DNA from: an uncultured Candidatus Saccharibacteria bacterium
GTDB taxonomy: Bacteria > Patescibacteriota > Minisyncoccia > UBA6257 > GWB1-50-10
Assembly (NCBI GenBank): GCA_964365955.1
Contig: CAYISA010000002.1
Span: 23,329-87,328, forward strand
Reading direction: 5' to 3'
DNA: 64,000 nt
Shown: in pieces, positions 21,175-31,085 of the stretch
How the letters are laid out: each line of letters opens with the position of its first letter
Numbering within the stretch: position 1 is the stretch's first letter
Program-made: the position numbers and the translations under genes
The notes under the pieces: generated by a model
What the model saw: only the letters and a program-made list of their open reading frames with translations
Told to the model about the DNA's origin: nothing
Databases searched by the model: none

Positions 21175-22104
21175 TTATTTATTCCACCCCACATTTATTA
21201 CACGAAAAAGCGCCTGCCACATTCCTATAATCATGCCAGCATCCTTGACATAACTTATCCACATAAATGGGATAAAGTCTTTATGCCTCCGCCCAGAGTA
21301 AAGCGATATGTGCCACGCGCGAATAATGGGGAGAGGAATTACTATTTTCACCAGTCGTGAGACGGTCGAAAGAATGGTATTTAAGATTATATGGAACAGG
21401 GAAAAATGTTTCGCGTAGTAGTAATAATTCGTTCTCCCTTTTCCCCGAGCTCTCTGTTGCCACCAAAATTCCTTCAGGGTGTCTGGCGCGATATGGGGAA
21501 CAATAATTTCCGTTGCTCGCACGCCTGGATACCGTTTCTCAAGTTCAACTCCAAAATCAACATCTTCGCCGGAAAACCCTGGCATATCTTCAGAAAATAA
21601 GCCTACCTCAAGCGCTGCGTCTTTTCGGCACGAAAAACCTTCGGTCCATACCCAAGGAGCACCCTTTACCGTATACACATAGTATCCCTCTGCGCCGACA
21701 TATCGAGGATATAGTTTTTCGGTATTGAGCACGCGATCAAACACAGAAACCCAATACTTGCCCTCAAGATAATATGGAGCTATCCTTCCCAAAAAATCAC
21801 GCGGAAGAATAACATCAGCGTTCAGAATAACGAGCACGTTGTTCTTCGCGGCTTTAATTCCAATATTGCGTGCCTCGGCAACACCTTTTCGTTTGCTTTC
21901 CGGCTGAAAAAGAAGCGAAAAATACGAGAGGCGATTTGCATATCCCTTGATAATCTCAATGGTTTTATCTGTAGAGTGACCATCCACAATAATTACCTCG
22001 TATCCGTCCCAATCAAGAGCTTCGAGCGCATTTAGCGTACGATAAATATCTTTTTCCTCATTGTAGGTAGGAACAATTATGCTAAAACTCGGTTTATTGA
22101 ACAT
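21175..22104 (-). CDS. glycosyltransferase family 2
   Basis: FSIIVPTYNEEKDI...VIIVDGHSTDKT. Confidence 0.75.
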   Translation of the reverse strand: MFNKPSFSIIVPTYNEEKDIYRTLNALEALDWDGYEVIIVDGHSTDKTIEIIKGYANRLSYFSLLFQPESKRKGVAEARNIGIKAAKNNVLVILNADVILPRDFLGRIAPYYLEGKYWVSVFDRVLNTEKLYPRYVGAEGYYVYTVKGAPWVWTEGFSCRKDAALEVGLFSEDMPGFSGEDVDFGVELEKRYPGVRATEIIVPHIAPDTLKEFWWQQRARGKGRTNYYYYAKHFSLFHIILNTILSTVSRLVKIVIPLPIIRAWHISLYSGRRHKDFIPFMWISYVKDAGMIIGMWQALFRVINVGWNK

Positions 22105-22157
22105 TTAGTTATACTATATCTAATTTTGCACCTTTTCAAAAATTCGTTTTGATTTTT

Positions 22158-23426
22158 TTATCTCCGGGTGGTATGAAAAAGATAAGAAGCGATATTTTGC
22201 GAATACGCTTCCCACGTGAATTTATTAAGGGTCCGCTCTGCCTCGGCAACAAGAATTGATTCGGTATTCAAAGCATGCTCTATAACGCGAGCCATAGAAA
22301 CTGGATCGGGATTCGCCTCAAAAAGCATCTTGCCTTTGAGTTCGCCCAAATCTCCCGAAAGGTCATAGTCGGTCGAGCAAATAACCTTTTTCCTTAAAGA
22401 GAGGCCTTCCATCACAGTAAGATCAAAGTCGATCCAGGCAGGATGGAATATTGCCGCAGCACTTGCGTAGAGATCCAGTAAATCCTCCTCCGCAACAAAA
22501 CCAGCAAGTACTGCATGACTTTCTACACGTAGTTCTTTAATAAGTGCTTCCAGATTTTTATCCTCCGGACCTCTGCCTCCCACTACAAAATAAATATCAT
22601 TTCTTTTCTTTTTTAGCTCTGCTATGGTCCGAATGCAAAGATCAATGCGTTTCCCGGGAATCAATCGGCTTATATCAACAAGTATCTTAGCGTCAGGAGG
22701 AAAACCATATTTTGCTCGCATGTCTTTTTTTGATTTGTAATTAAAAAAAGACGGGTTCACACCACTTTTTATATCAATTACAGGGCGACTATAAAATTGC
22801 TCATTCTCCCAAGCCATCCTCCGAGTCATAGAAAAAGCGTAGGCAGCGCGACGCACTACAAAATAATTCATCCAAGCGCGGCACTGCAACGCCAATCTAG
22901 CAAAAAATCCCCTAACCGGATTTTCCAGTGGAATAAAAGCCTGATGTCCGGAAATCGAATTTCTTACTTTGGTAAACACTCGATTAAAGGGTGCCATATA
23001 TTTCAATCCGTCTTCTGGAAAATTAAAAAATGAAGCGTAGAGAAATGTAGCGTAAGGAATTCTCATCCCCAGAGAAGCTAAATAAAGTAACTCTGCGTCC
23101 GCGGGATTCTGTCCTAATAAAATATCTGGTCGAAATATTTTTATCTCCTTCCGGAGTCTACCAACACTCGAGAGAGAAATCCAAATCTTCCAGAATATAT
23201 GAGTTGGATAATTACCTTCATGAAAGCTGGCAATAGGGACATCTGCGTAAGCACCGTCAAAAAGCGAAACAGTATTTTTGCCCTTTACCGAAACCACGCG
23301 TACTTCATAACCGAATTTTATAAACCACTTAGCGATTTCAAGCATCAACCGCTCAGCACCACCTTCGTGTGCAAGAGTTTTCCTAAACAAAAGTATTCTT
23401 TTCTTTTCAATCATATACGCGCGCAA
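22158..23426 (-). CDS. glycosyltransferase family 4
   Basis: C-terminal GT4 fold (FHPAWIDFDLTVMEG...). Confidence 0.7.
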   Translation of the reverse strand: MRAYMIEKKRILLFRKTLAHEGGAERLMLEIAKWFIKFGYEVRVVSVKGKNTVSLFDGAYADVPIASFHEGNYPTHIFWKIWISLSSVGRLRKEIKIFRPDILLGQNPADAELLYLASLGMRIPYATFLYASFFNFPEDGLKYMAPFNRVFTKVRNSISGHQAFIPLENPVRGFFARLALQCRAWMNYFVVRRAAYAFSMTRRMAWENEQFYSRPVIDIKSGVNPSFFNYKSKKDMRAKYGFPPDAKILVDISRLIPGKRIDLCIRTIAELKKKRNDIYFVVGGRGPEDKNLEALIKELRVESHAVLAGFVAEEDLLDLYASAAAIFHPAWIDFDLTVMEGLSLRKKVICSTDYDLSGDLGELKGKMLFEANPDPVSMARVIEHALNTESILVAEAERTLNKFTWEAYSQNIASYLFHTTRR

Positions 23427-23463
23427 GGTTTCTCAAAAACTAAAAGATTGTGGTCAACCAGAG

Positions 23464-24483
23464 CTAGTGTATTTCGGAAATATTTACTACACGTTTCTCT
23501 GCGTTTGATATTCTTGCGGCTTCAAGAATACGCGCTTGAGCCAAAAGATCATCTTCATAATCCTTCGTGCTTGCTTGACCCACAAAAATTTCTTTACAAA
23601 AATCGTCCACCATTAATTTAAAATGGTCGATCGGCGGGAATCCAATTTCCTCAACCCTATCGTTAGAATCAAGAAAAATTTTTGTTCCCATGTCACTTGG
23701 GACAGCATATGCTCGCCCCATTCTTATATGAGCCTTAGTACCCAAAACACTGTAGGTTGATTGAAAGTAAGAACCAAAGAATGAAGTAGTTGAGGCTGTT
23801 CGTCCCTCGGAATATTCCAGAAGTACGGTTGCGCCTATATCAACACCACTCTTCGGATCGATTTCCAATCGACAAAAAACACTGACCGGCTCTTCACCAA
23901 AAACCATCCGACTTGCAGAGACCGGATATACCGCACATGAGTTCAAAGATCCTCCCTCTAAATCTTTCTTCATCGCAATATCTGTTTCCTCAGGCATGGT
24001 AAAACCAAGACAACCATCAAATTTGGTAAGCCTCCCTAGAGTTCCTTGTTCTATCAATTCTTTTACTTTTATTTGTTGGGGGTGATAACGAAACATCAAG
24101 CCCTCAAGAAGCCGAACTTTGTTTTTTTTTGCAGCACCAACCATTCGCTTTGCTGCCGCATAAGAAATAGCGGCTGGTTTTTCGCAAATTACATGCTTTC
24201 CGGCCTCAAGTGCTTTCACAGTCCACTCTTCGTGAAGAGAGTTGGGAAGAGAAATATAAACCGCTTGAATATCCTTATTTTCTAAAACTTCTTCATATGT
24301 TCCCCACTTGTCCGCACCGAATTGCGCTGCGACTTCTTTTGCTTTTTCAGAGTTCCTACTTCCCACCATGCTAAGCTCGGAATATTCCGAACTTCCTATT
24401 GCGGAAAGCATCCTCTTCAGGGCAATACGTGATAAACCAATGACGCCAAATTTAACTTTAGAATTTTGTTTTTTTGTAGTCAT
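23464..24483 (-). CDS. Gfo/Idh/MocA family oxidoreductase (WbpB-like)
   Basis: KFGVIGLSRIALKR, CEKP motif. Confidence 0.8.
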   Translation of the reverse strand: MTTKKQNSKVKFGVIGLSRIALKRMLSAIGSSEYSELSMVGSRNSEKAKEVAAQFGADKWGTYEEVLENKDIQAVYISLPNSLHEEWTVKALEAGKHVICEKPAAISYAAAKRMVGAAKKNKVRLLEGLMFRYHPQQIKVKELIEQGTLGRLTKFDGCLGFTMPEETDIAMKKDLEGGSLNSCAVYPVSASRMVFGEEPVSVFCRLEIDPKSGVDIGATVLLEYSEGRTASTTSFFGSYFQSTYSVLGTKAHIRMGRAYAVPSDMGTKIFLDSNDRVEEIGFPPIDHFKLMVDDFCKEIFVGQASTKDYEDDLLAQARILEAARISNAEKRVVNISEIH

Positions 24484-24498
24484 GATATGTCAATTGCT

Positions 24499-25230
24499 TC
24501 AGGATTTTTTTGCTATAACGATAACATTTTGTGTAAAAACTCCTACCCCACTCCCGGCTTCAACTAGACGGTACAAACGAAGGCGAAGCTCAATACAAAA
24601 CCATAAAATAAGCCGAAGGAAAGAGATGGGTCCATGAGCCGTCGGCCGGACTGAAAAGACCTGCACTGCATCAAAGCCATATGCCAAAAGTATCTGTTTT
24701 AAACTTGAGCCAGTAAAACTTGTATCGTGTGTAAAGTCACCATAGCGGAGACGGCCACTCATCGGACTTTCGGCATTCGGAGTTTTTATAATAAGGGTTC
24801 CACCTTTTTTTAATGACTCAAAAATTAATTCCATAATTTCTAAAACTTCAGCTTTTTCAAAGTGACCCAAGACATCCCGTATAAAAATCAGATCAAAAAA
24901 ATTCTTTCGAGTTTTCAAAAAATTGCTCAGATCGTCCTTCTCAATTCCAGAGATACCAATTTTTTTACCCAACTCAATCTGCTCAGAACTCACATCAACC
25001 CCCACAGCATTTTTATAATCCAAGGACCTTAACCAATAAACAAAACCACCGTTGCCACATCCCAGATCAACAATATTCGCATCGGTATTCCCCGTCAAAA
25101 ATCCGGAATAATAATTATTCCAAGCAGTAAACTGGTTTTTAATAATTTCCAAGCTAGTGTCCCCATAAAGATTGTGATTGTGCTGGGAAACGTACTTTGA
25201 ATAAAATTTTTCTTTGTAATTACTCTCCAT
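24499..25230 (-). CDS. class I SAM-dependent methyltransferase
   Basis: IVDLGCGNGGFV motif I. Confidence 0.75.
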   Translation of the reverse strand: MESNYKEKFYSKYVSQHNHNLYGDTSLEIIKNQFTAWNNYYSGFLTGNTDANIVDLGCGNGGFVYWLRSLDYKNAVGVDVSSEQIELGKKIGISGIEKDDLSNFLKTRKNFFDLIFIRDVLGHFEKAEVLEIMELIFESLKKGGTLIIKTPNAESPMSGRLRYGDFTHDTSFTGSSLKQILLAYGFDAVQVFSVRPTAHGPISFLRLILWFCIELRLRLYRLVEAGSGVGVFTQNVIVIAKKS

Positions 25231-25233
25231 GAT

Positions 25234-26400
25234 TTAAGAAAGGGACTGAAGAACTGCTTTTAAAGTACGGACAACATAACTTTTTTCTTCATCGGTTAAA
25301 ATCGGGCCACTGGGAATATAAAATCCATTTAGGCCAAGATTGTTTGCAACCGGGCAGTCCTCTGGCTTCGCCAATCCTTTCTTAATGAAAATGTCTTGCA
25401 TATTGTACGGAATAAAATCTTCTCGAACTTCGATTCCCTGCCTTAATAATTCTTTAAGAACAGCTGACCTCTTCCCATGGGCGCTTCCACGAAGGATTAC
25501 ATTAAACATCCAGTACACATTCTTGGCATACGGTTTTTCTACAGGAAGCTGAAGTTGCTCTACATCCGCAAGTTCTTTTAAATAAAAGGAGGCGAGTTCT
25601 CGTTTTTTTTGAATGATAAAATCAATTTTTTTAAGCTGAGCCAACCCTAGCGCCGCCTGCAAATTCGTAAGCCGATAATTAAAACCAATCTCCTGATGCA
25701 TGAATTTGTTTTCTTTTCCAAACGCAAGCGCCTTTAGCATCCGCGCTCTTTCTGCAAGCTCCTTGTTATTGGTTGTGATCATTCCACCTTCACCAGTCGT
25801 GATTATTTTATTCGCATAAAAACTAAAACAACCAATATCACCCAAGGAACCGACTTTTCTCCCTTTGTATTCTGTGCCATGCGCTTCAGCACAATCTTCA
25901 ATTACATACAGGTTATGTTTTTTTGCAATCGCTAAAATTGGATCCATATCAACCGGGTGCCCGTAAATATGAACAACCATAATCGCCTTAGTTTTTGGCG
26001 TTATCTTTGCCTCAATCAAATTTGGATCAATGTTCCATGTGTCCGGTTCACTATCGATCGGAATGGGCCTTGCTCCTTGGTAATGGACAGCAAAGAAAGT
26101 GGCCATATTCGTAAAGCTCTGCACAAGCACATCATCACCCGCACCGATCTTCAGGGCCGCAAGTGCCAGATGAAGCGCCGTCGTCCCGTTTGATACAGTT
26201 ACTGCATGCTCAACCCCACAATAGCGCGCGAAGCCGGTTTCAAAGTCTGTTATATAGTTTCCGGAAAACCCAGAAAGCTCTCCTTTGTTTAGAGCGTCAT
26301 TTACAAACTTTTTTTCTTCTTCTCCAATAACCGGCTGGGAAACAGGGATTTTCATAAGAATTACAGGTGTAATTATGACGAAGTGGTGCAAAAAATACAA
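25234..26400 (-). CDS. DegT/DnrJ/EryC1/StrS family PLP-dependent sugar aminotransferase (WbpE-like)
   Basis: Characteristic SFxxxK lysine region (SFYANKIITTGEGG) and N-terminal cofactor-binding region. Confidence 0.85.
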   Translation of the reverse strand: MYFLHHFVIITPVILMKIPVSQPVIGEEEKKFVNDALNKGELSGFSGNYITDFETGFARYCGVEHAVTVSNGTTALHLALAALKIGAGDDVLVQSFTNMATFFAVHYQGARPIPIDSEPDTWNIDPNLIEAKITPKTKAIMVVHIYGHPVDMDPILAIAKKHNLYVIEDCAEAHGTEYKGRKVGSLGDIGCFSFYANKIITTGEGGMITTNNKELAERARMLKALAFGKENKFMHQEIGFNYRLTNLQAALGLAQLKKIDFIIQKKRELASFYLKELADVEQLQLPVEKPYAKNVYWMFNVILRGSAHGKRSAVLKELLRQGIEVREDFIPYNMQDIFIKKGLAKPEDCPVANNLGLNGFYIPSGPILTDEEKSYVVRTLKAVLQSLS

Positions 26401-26401
26401 A

Positions 26402-26430
26402 CGTACATAATAAAAAGAGGCGGGGTATTT
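26402..26430 (-). terminator. rho-independent terminator downstream of the HD-domain gene
   Basis: Perfect 9-bp GC stem GAGGCGGGG/CCCCGCCTC followed by a U-tract on the minus strand. Confidence 0.6.
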
Positions 26431-26458
26431 CCCCCGCCTCTACCTTGAGCTTTGTAAC

Positions 26459-27166
26459 TCAATCTCTCGCGAACTCCACCGGATATGGCACGAGACCTTC
26501 CTTGCGCCGCTGTTCCACAATCTTTTCGAGGAACGCTCTAAGTTCGGCCACATACTCCGTAATCATCCACTTCGCCTTCTCAGTCCGCACCGCGAATCGC
26601 GCATTCTCGGGAGAATTAAAATCTCCCCAGTCCAGGCAATCACGGAGAGCGTCCATAACCGTCGGACGACTATTGTAGCGCCCGACTTTCTCGCCGCTCA
26701 AAAGTCGAACGGGATCAAGCACTAGTTGTTCTGAATGAAACTGCGCCGAGCGAATTATGACATCGAGTCGCGTGTTTACAACCCGATCGGCGTCCTTCAA
26801 GGCAATCGTAACAGCATCATCTGACTCTTCGTTCGGTCTGCCATGATTCAAAACCGCTCGAGCAATGATCTGTTTTTCCTCTTCGGAGAGATTCGGTTCT
26901 GTATCAAGCCAGCTCCTTACTAGCACTTCGACATCTGCGGCGGGAACTTCTCCACGCGGCTTGCCTAAGTCTATCGCAATCATGCGATCAGCATTATGAC
27001 AAATACCAGCGACCCAAGCTTGACCAGAAGAATCCGACCAAAACGTTTGAGCAAGTTGTGCCACAGCAAAAGCATGATCGAAATCATGTCCATGGGCCAT
27101 CTTTCGGCTCACGTGTGCTTTTCTCACAATTTTTGTGAGATTCGGAAACACAGTCCATAAATGCAT
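26459..27166 (-). CDS. HD-domain-like phosphohydrolase (hypothetical)
   Basis: HGHDFDH ... CHNADR ... DADR motifs; visibly higher GC than its neighbours. Confidence 0.45.
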   Translation of the reverse strand: MHLWTVFPNLTKIVRKAHVSRKMAHGHDFDHAFAVAQLAQTFWSDSSGQAWVAGICHNADRMIAIDLGKPRGEVPAADVEVLVRSWLDTEPNLSEEEKQIIARAVLNHGRPNEESDDAVTIALKDADRVVNTRLDVIIRSAQFHSEQLVLDPVRLLSGEKVGRYNSRPTVMDALRDCLDWGDFNSPENARFAVRTEKAKWMITEYVAELRAFLEKIVEQRRKEGLVPYPVEFARD

Positions 27167-27303
27167 CTGAAACTCCTTTCGTAGAGTTATTTGCTATACG
27201 TTATTTTTAAGCTTCTAGTAAGACAATAACATACTATATATTTCTTTGTCAATACTACGTAATGGTTCAATAGCTTGGAATACCCCTCGGGGCCATTCAA
27301 GCT

Positions 27304-27657
27304 ATGTACATGGCATATTCTAACAATCCCCATCTGCCTCGTGTCCGACGGGAAGCGGTGCAGCTTGTTCGTGCAGGATGGAGCACCGTGAAGGTTGCTC
27401 GACATTTGGGATATTCCCAGAGTGCCGTTGTGAAGTGGGCGCAGCGTGCTCCGGAGGATGGGAGAAAAATCATTCCTACGCTCTCATCCCGCCCTCTTCA
27501 TCATCCGAACGAACTTTCGGATACGGTGGTGTTCCGCATCTTGGAACTTCGGAGAGAACGGAACCAATGCGCGGAGATTCTGCAGTATCGGCTGCAGAGA
27601 GAAGGAATCGCAGTATCTCTCTCTTCGGTAAAACGAACTCTCCGCAGACATCAATAG
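27304..27657 (+). mobile_element. truncated IS481-family transposase N-terminal HTH fragment (no DDE core)
   Basis: GWS..KVAR.LGYS...V.KW..R......SSRP.HHP......ILELRRER....I...L.REGI.VS.SSV.R.LRRH matches the IS481 transposase N-terminus; ORF stops before the integrase core; high-GC patch. Confidence 0.55.
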
Positions 27658-27663
27658 AACCCT

Positions 27664-28743
27664 TCACCTTATCTTGAGCTCGTGCTCCATCATTATGGAC
27701 ACAAGATCGTCAAATTTTATTTTCGGCTCCCAACCAAGTTTGGTTTTAGCTTTTGTATAATCACCCAGGAGATCGTGGACTTCTGATGGACGAAAGAAAT
27801 CCGGATCAATTTCCAATAGTACCGCCCCCGTTTTTTTATCAAACCCCTTTTCATCAATGCCCTTGCCGCGCCACTCTATATCAATTCCCACGTGTTTAAA
27901 GGATTTTTCAACAAATTCACGCACGGAGTGACTTTCTCCTGTTGCAATAACGTAATCATCTGGCTCCGACTGTTGTAGCATAAGCCACATCGCCTCTACA
28001 TATTCGGGAGCGTATCCCCAATCTCTTTTTGCATCTAAATTACCAAGATGTAGTTTTGGATGAAGTCCCTTCTTAATACCCACAACGCCTTTTGCAATTT
28101 TCCGTGTTACAAAATTAATTCCCCGCCTAGGTGATTCATGGTTAAAAAGAATGCCATTTGCTGCAAATATGTTATAAGCTTCGCGATAATTCCTTACTAC
28201 ATTGAATGCAAACACCTTGGCGCATCCATAAGGACTTCTTGGATGAAAAGGGGTTAGCTCATGTTGTGGAGCAGGAGCAGCGCCAAACATCTCTGAACTT
28301 GCCGCTTGGTAAAATTTAATTTTATGCCCCGGATTACGCGCTTCAAACTCTTTAATAAGCTCAAGGAGTCTTAACACACCAAGACCCGTAACATTCGCAG
28401 TATATTCGGGAATATCAAAACTAATTCGCACGTGGGATTGAGCGCCTAAGTTATAAATTTCGTCCGGAGGGAAGTCGAATTTATGGAGCCCATATCTTCC
28501 GTATGCGTCATGCGAACCAAATATAAACCTGGAAAGACTATGCGTATCTGAGAGATCGCCATAATCTCTAAAGAGGACCGCTCCTTTGTTATGTAAGTCT
28601 TTAAGGATATGGTCAATACGCTCCGTATTCGGAGAAGAAGAACGGCGAACAACTCCCATGACTTTATAGCCTTTTTCCAATAATAACTCAGCGAGGTATG
28701 AACCGTCTTGGCCCGTTATGCCCGTAATAAGCGCGCTTTTCAT
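27664..28743 (-). CDS. gmd: GDP-sugar 4,6-dehydratase (Gmd family; possibly GDP-heptose 4,6-dehydratase)
   Basis: [26 protein letters not shown]...VHG; start set at the MKSALITG Met. Confidence 0.85.
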   Translation of the reverse strand: MKSALITGITGQDGSYLAELLLEKGYKVMGVVRRSSSPNTERIDHILKDLHNKGAVLFRDYGDLSDTHSLSRFIFGSHDAYGRYGLHKFDFPPDEIYNLGAQSHVRISFDIPEYTANVTGLGVLRLLELIKEFEARNPGHKIKFYQAASSEMFGAAPAPQHELTPFHPRSPYGCAKVFAFNVVRNYREAYNIFAANGILFNHESPRRGINFVTRKIAKGVVGIKKGLHPKLHLGNLDAKRDWGYAPEYVEAMWLMLQQSEPDDYVIATGESHSVREFVEKSFKHVGIDIEWRGKGIDEKGFDKKTGAVLLEIDPDFFRPSEVHDLLGDYTKAKTKLGWEPKIKFDDLVSIMMEHELKIR

Positions 28744-28828
28744 GATTAACAAATGATAAGAAAAATAAGGCCGATGGTCAAGTTTATGCGTTGACTGATA
28801 AGGTTTATTTTGCTTACATGTATATGCT

Positions 28829-30061
28829 ATGGCGCATATTACGAAATGCAGATTTTGCAACAAAACGACCCTAGAGCCCTACCTTGACCTAGGTTTTACG
28901 CCTCATGCCGATCGATTCCCAACGTTGGAACAGCTCGAAAAGCCGGAACTATACCACCCCCTAAAAGTAATGATGTGTAAAAACTGCGGACTGCATCAAT
29001 TAAGCTACACAGTAGATCCAAAATTCCTTTACCAAGAGGATTATTTGTACGAATCGTCCATAACAAAAACCGGAGTTAGTCACTACCATAGTTTTGCCGA
29101 GTCGGTCACAAAGAAATTTGATCTTACAAAAAAAGACCTTGTGGTTGATGTGGGCTCAAACGTCGGGGTTCTCCTTAAGGGATTCAAAAACCAGGACGTA
29201 AAAATTCTTGGCGTTGATCCGGCAAAAAACATTGCGGCGATCGCGAATAAGAACGGCATACGGACCATTCCAGATTTTTTCGTTTCGCACGTTGCGCAGA
29301 CGGCGCGGAAAAAATACGGCCCCGCCAAAATCATTGTCGGCACGAATGTTTTTGCCCATATTTTTGACCACCACATTTTTATGAAAGCGGTAAAAATCCT
29401 TCTCGCAAAAGACGGGGTGTTTATCTTTGAATCCCCCCATCTTTCGCACCTCATACAAAACCTCGAATACGACACAATCTACCATCAGCACCTCCTCTAT
29501 CTATCATTAAAACCCGTGGTGCAATTTTTCAAAAGCCATGGAATGGAGGTATTTGATGTGGAAACATACCCCATTCACGGTGGCTCGTTTAGGGTATTTA
29601 TCGGTAACCGAGATGTCCACAAAGTCCAACTATCGGTGGCGCGGATGCTAAAAAGCGAAAAGAAAGGCGGAATTTATTTTATTCCGAAATTGAAAAAATT
29701 CGGAAAAAAAGTTCATCAGCACCGGCAAAAACTTATGAATTTATTGACGGATTTAAAGCGTCGTGGGAAAAAAATCGCCATTGTAAGCACCCCTGCCAAA
29801 GGAATGACCTTGTTAAATTTTTGCCGGATAGGTCCGGAACACGTTGAGTTTGCAACGGAAAAATCAAAATTAAAAATAGGTCGTTTTACTTCGGGAACGC
29901 ACATCCCGATTTTCCCCGATTCCGAATTATTGAAACGGAAACCCGATTATGCTCTGCTTCTGGCCTGGAATTTTGCGCCGGAGATTATGCGGGGACTAAG
30001 CGAGTACAAAAAGAAAGGTGGTAAATTTATCATCCCGATTCCTAAACCAAAAATAGTATAA
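28829..30061 (+). CDS. NDP-sugar C-methyltransferase (TylCIII-like; zinc ribbon + SAM MTase + C-methyltransferase C-terminal domain)
   Basis: CRFCNK...CKNCGLHQ zinc ribbon, [10 protein letters not shown] motif I, C-terminal domain characteristic of sugar C-MTs. Confidence 0.7.
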   Translation: MAHITKCRFCNKTTLEPYLDLGFTPHADRFPTLEQLEKPELYHPLKVMMCKNCGLHQLSYTVDPKFLYQEDYLYESSITKTGVSHYHSFAESVTKKFDLTKKDLVVDVGSNVGVLLKGFKNQDVKILGVDPAKNIAAIANKNGIRTIPDFFVSHVAQTARKKYGPAKIIVGTNVFAHIFDHHIFMKAVKILLAKDGVFIFESPHLSHLIQNLEYDTIYHQHLLYLSLKPVVQFFKSHGMEVFDVETYPIHGGSFRVFIGNRDVHKVQLSVARMLKSEKKGGIYFIPKLKKFGKKVHQHRQKLMNLLTDLKRRGKKIAIVSTPAKGMTLLNFCRIGPEHVEFATEKSKLKIGRFTSGTHIPIFPDSELLKRKPDYALLLAWNFAPEIMRGLSEYKKKGGKFIIPIPKPKIV

Positions 30062-30068
30062 TTGAATT

Positions 30069-30446
30069 ATGCAAGTAGAAAAAAAGCCCATTAACTTCGA
30101 GGATGCGCGCGGCACTATCCGCGATATTCTGATTGGCGTAGATGTTGATGCAGTCACTATTATCACCTGTGCAAAAAATTCCGTCCGGGGAAATCACTTC
30201 CATAAAAAGACGACGCAAAACACTTATGTGGTAAGCGGCAAATTAATTTATGCAACCCAACAAGACGACGGACCGATCGAAACCAAAACTGTTGAAACAG
30301 GAGATATCACCATAGATATTCCAGGATCAAGGCATGCCTTCAAAGCGCTTAAAGATTCGGTTATCCTACAGATGTCAAAAGGCCCCCGCCAGGGGAAGGA
30401 ATACGAATCAGACACTTTTCGTTTAGAAAAACCGATTCTTTCATAA
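30069..30446 (+). CDS. cupin-fold sugar ketoisomerase/epimerase (FdtA/WxcM-like)
   Basis: INFEDARGTIRDI...RGNHFHKK pattern similar to FdtA/WxcM C-terminal domain. Confidence 0.55.
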   Translation: MQVEKKPINFEDARGTIRDILIGVDVDAVTIITCAKNSVRGNHFHKKTTQNTYVVSGKLIYATQQDDGPIETKTVETGDITIDIPGSRHAFKALKDSVILQMSKGPRQGKEYESDTFRLEKPILS

Positions 30447-30472
30447 AAATATCCCTTTGAGGGATATTTTTA
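30445..30472. terminator. bidirectional rho-independent terminator between convergent genes
   Basis: AAAATATCCC-tttga-GGGATATTTT hairpin flanked by A/T tracts. Confidence 0.55.
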
Positions 30473-30497
30473 TTATGCCAAAAGACTGTTTGACGGA

Positions 30498-31085
30498 TCA
30501 TTGAAGCATTTCAAGAGTGCTCTTGGTTTGTTCATCATCCGGCCACAGCGAAAGAATTCGCTTTGCGATCACTTTCGCTTTTTCTTTTTGACCGCCGTCT
30601 TTATAAAGTTGGAAAAGCGTATAAAGCGGAGGCGGCAACTTCGGACCGATTTCCAATACTTTTAAATAATAATCTTCGGCTTTCCCGAAATCTTCTTGTT
30701 TCCCAAAACGCCTCCATAAGATGTAGTACATCTGCCCCGTCGTCAAAAGATGCCGCACGTCGTTTTTAAACATATACGGCTCCAGGTATCCCAGAAGCGC
30801 GCGCGATACGTTTTCCGGCGTGTCTTGCTGCGAGATCGCGGACATAATATCGTTCGACAAAAACTTTGCAATCTCTTCGTCCCCCACGGGAGCATAGAAC
30901 TTGAACGACGCATCAAACGTATCCTGGAATTGCTGGAGCGATTGCACGGAGCCAAGAGCGCGAAGCCCCGCAATAAACCGGCGGGAACGCGCAATAGGAA
31001 GGAGTGACCCATAAATAATCGCGACGATCACGATCATCCCTACCATGCTCGAGATAATAATTTTAACGGTTGGAGTCGCGCGCAT
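30498..31085 (-). CDS. membrane-anchored TPR-like protein (hypothetical), overlaps the upstream gene
   Basis: N-terminal TM helix, then helical repeat region; 23-nt overlap with the ligase-family gene. Confidence 0.45.
   Translation of the reverse strand: MRATPTVKIIISSMVGMIVIVAIIYGSLLPIARSRRFIAGLRALGSVQSLQQFQDTFDASFKFYAPVGDEEIAKFLSNDIMSAISQQDTPENVSRALLGYLEPYMFKNDVRHLLTTGQMYYILWRRFGKQEDFGKAEDYYLKVLEIGPKLPPPLYTLFQLYKDGGQKEKAKVIAKRILSLWPDDEQTKSTLEMLQ

Noticed and set aside
28744-28828. Divergent promoter between gmd and the C-methyltransferase
   Set aside because: There is a TTGACT hexamer, but no convincing -10 at proper spacing, so it is too weak to annotate.
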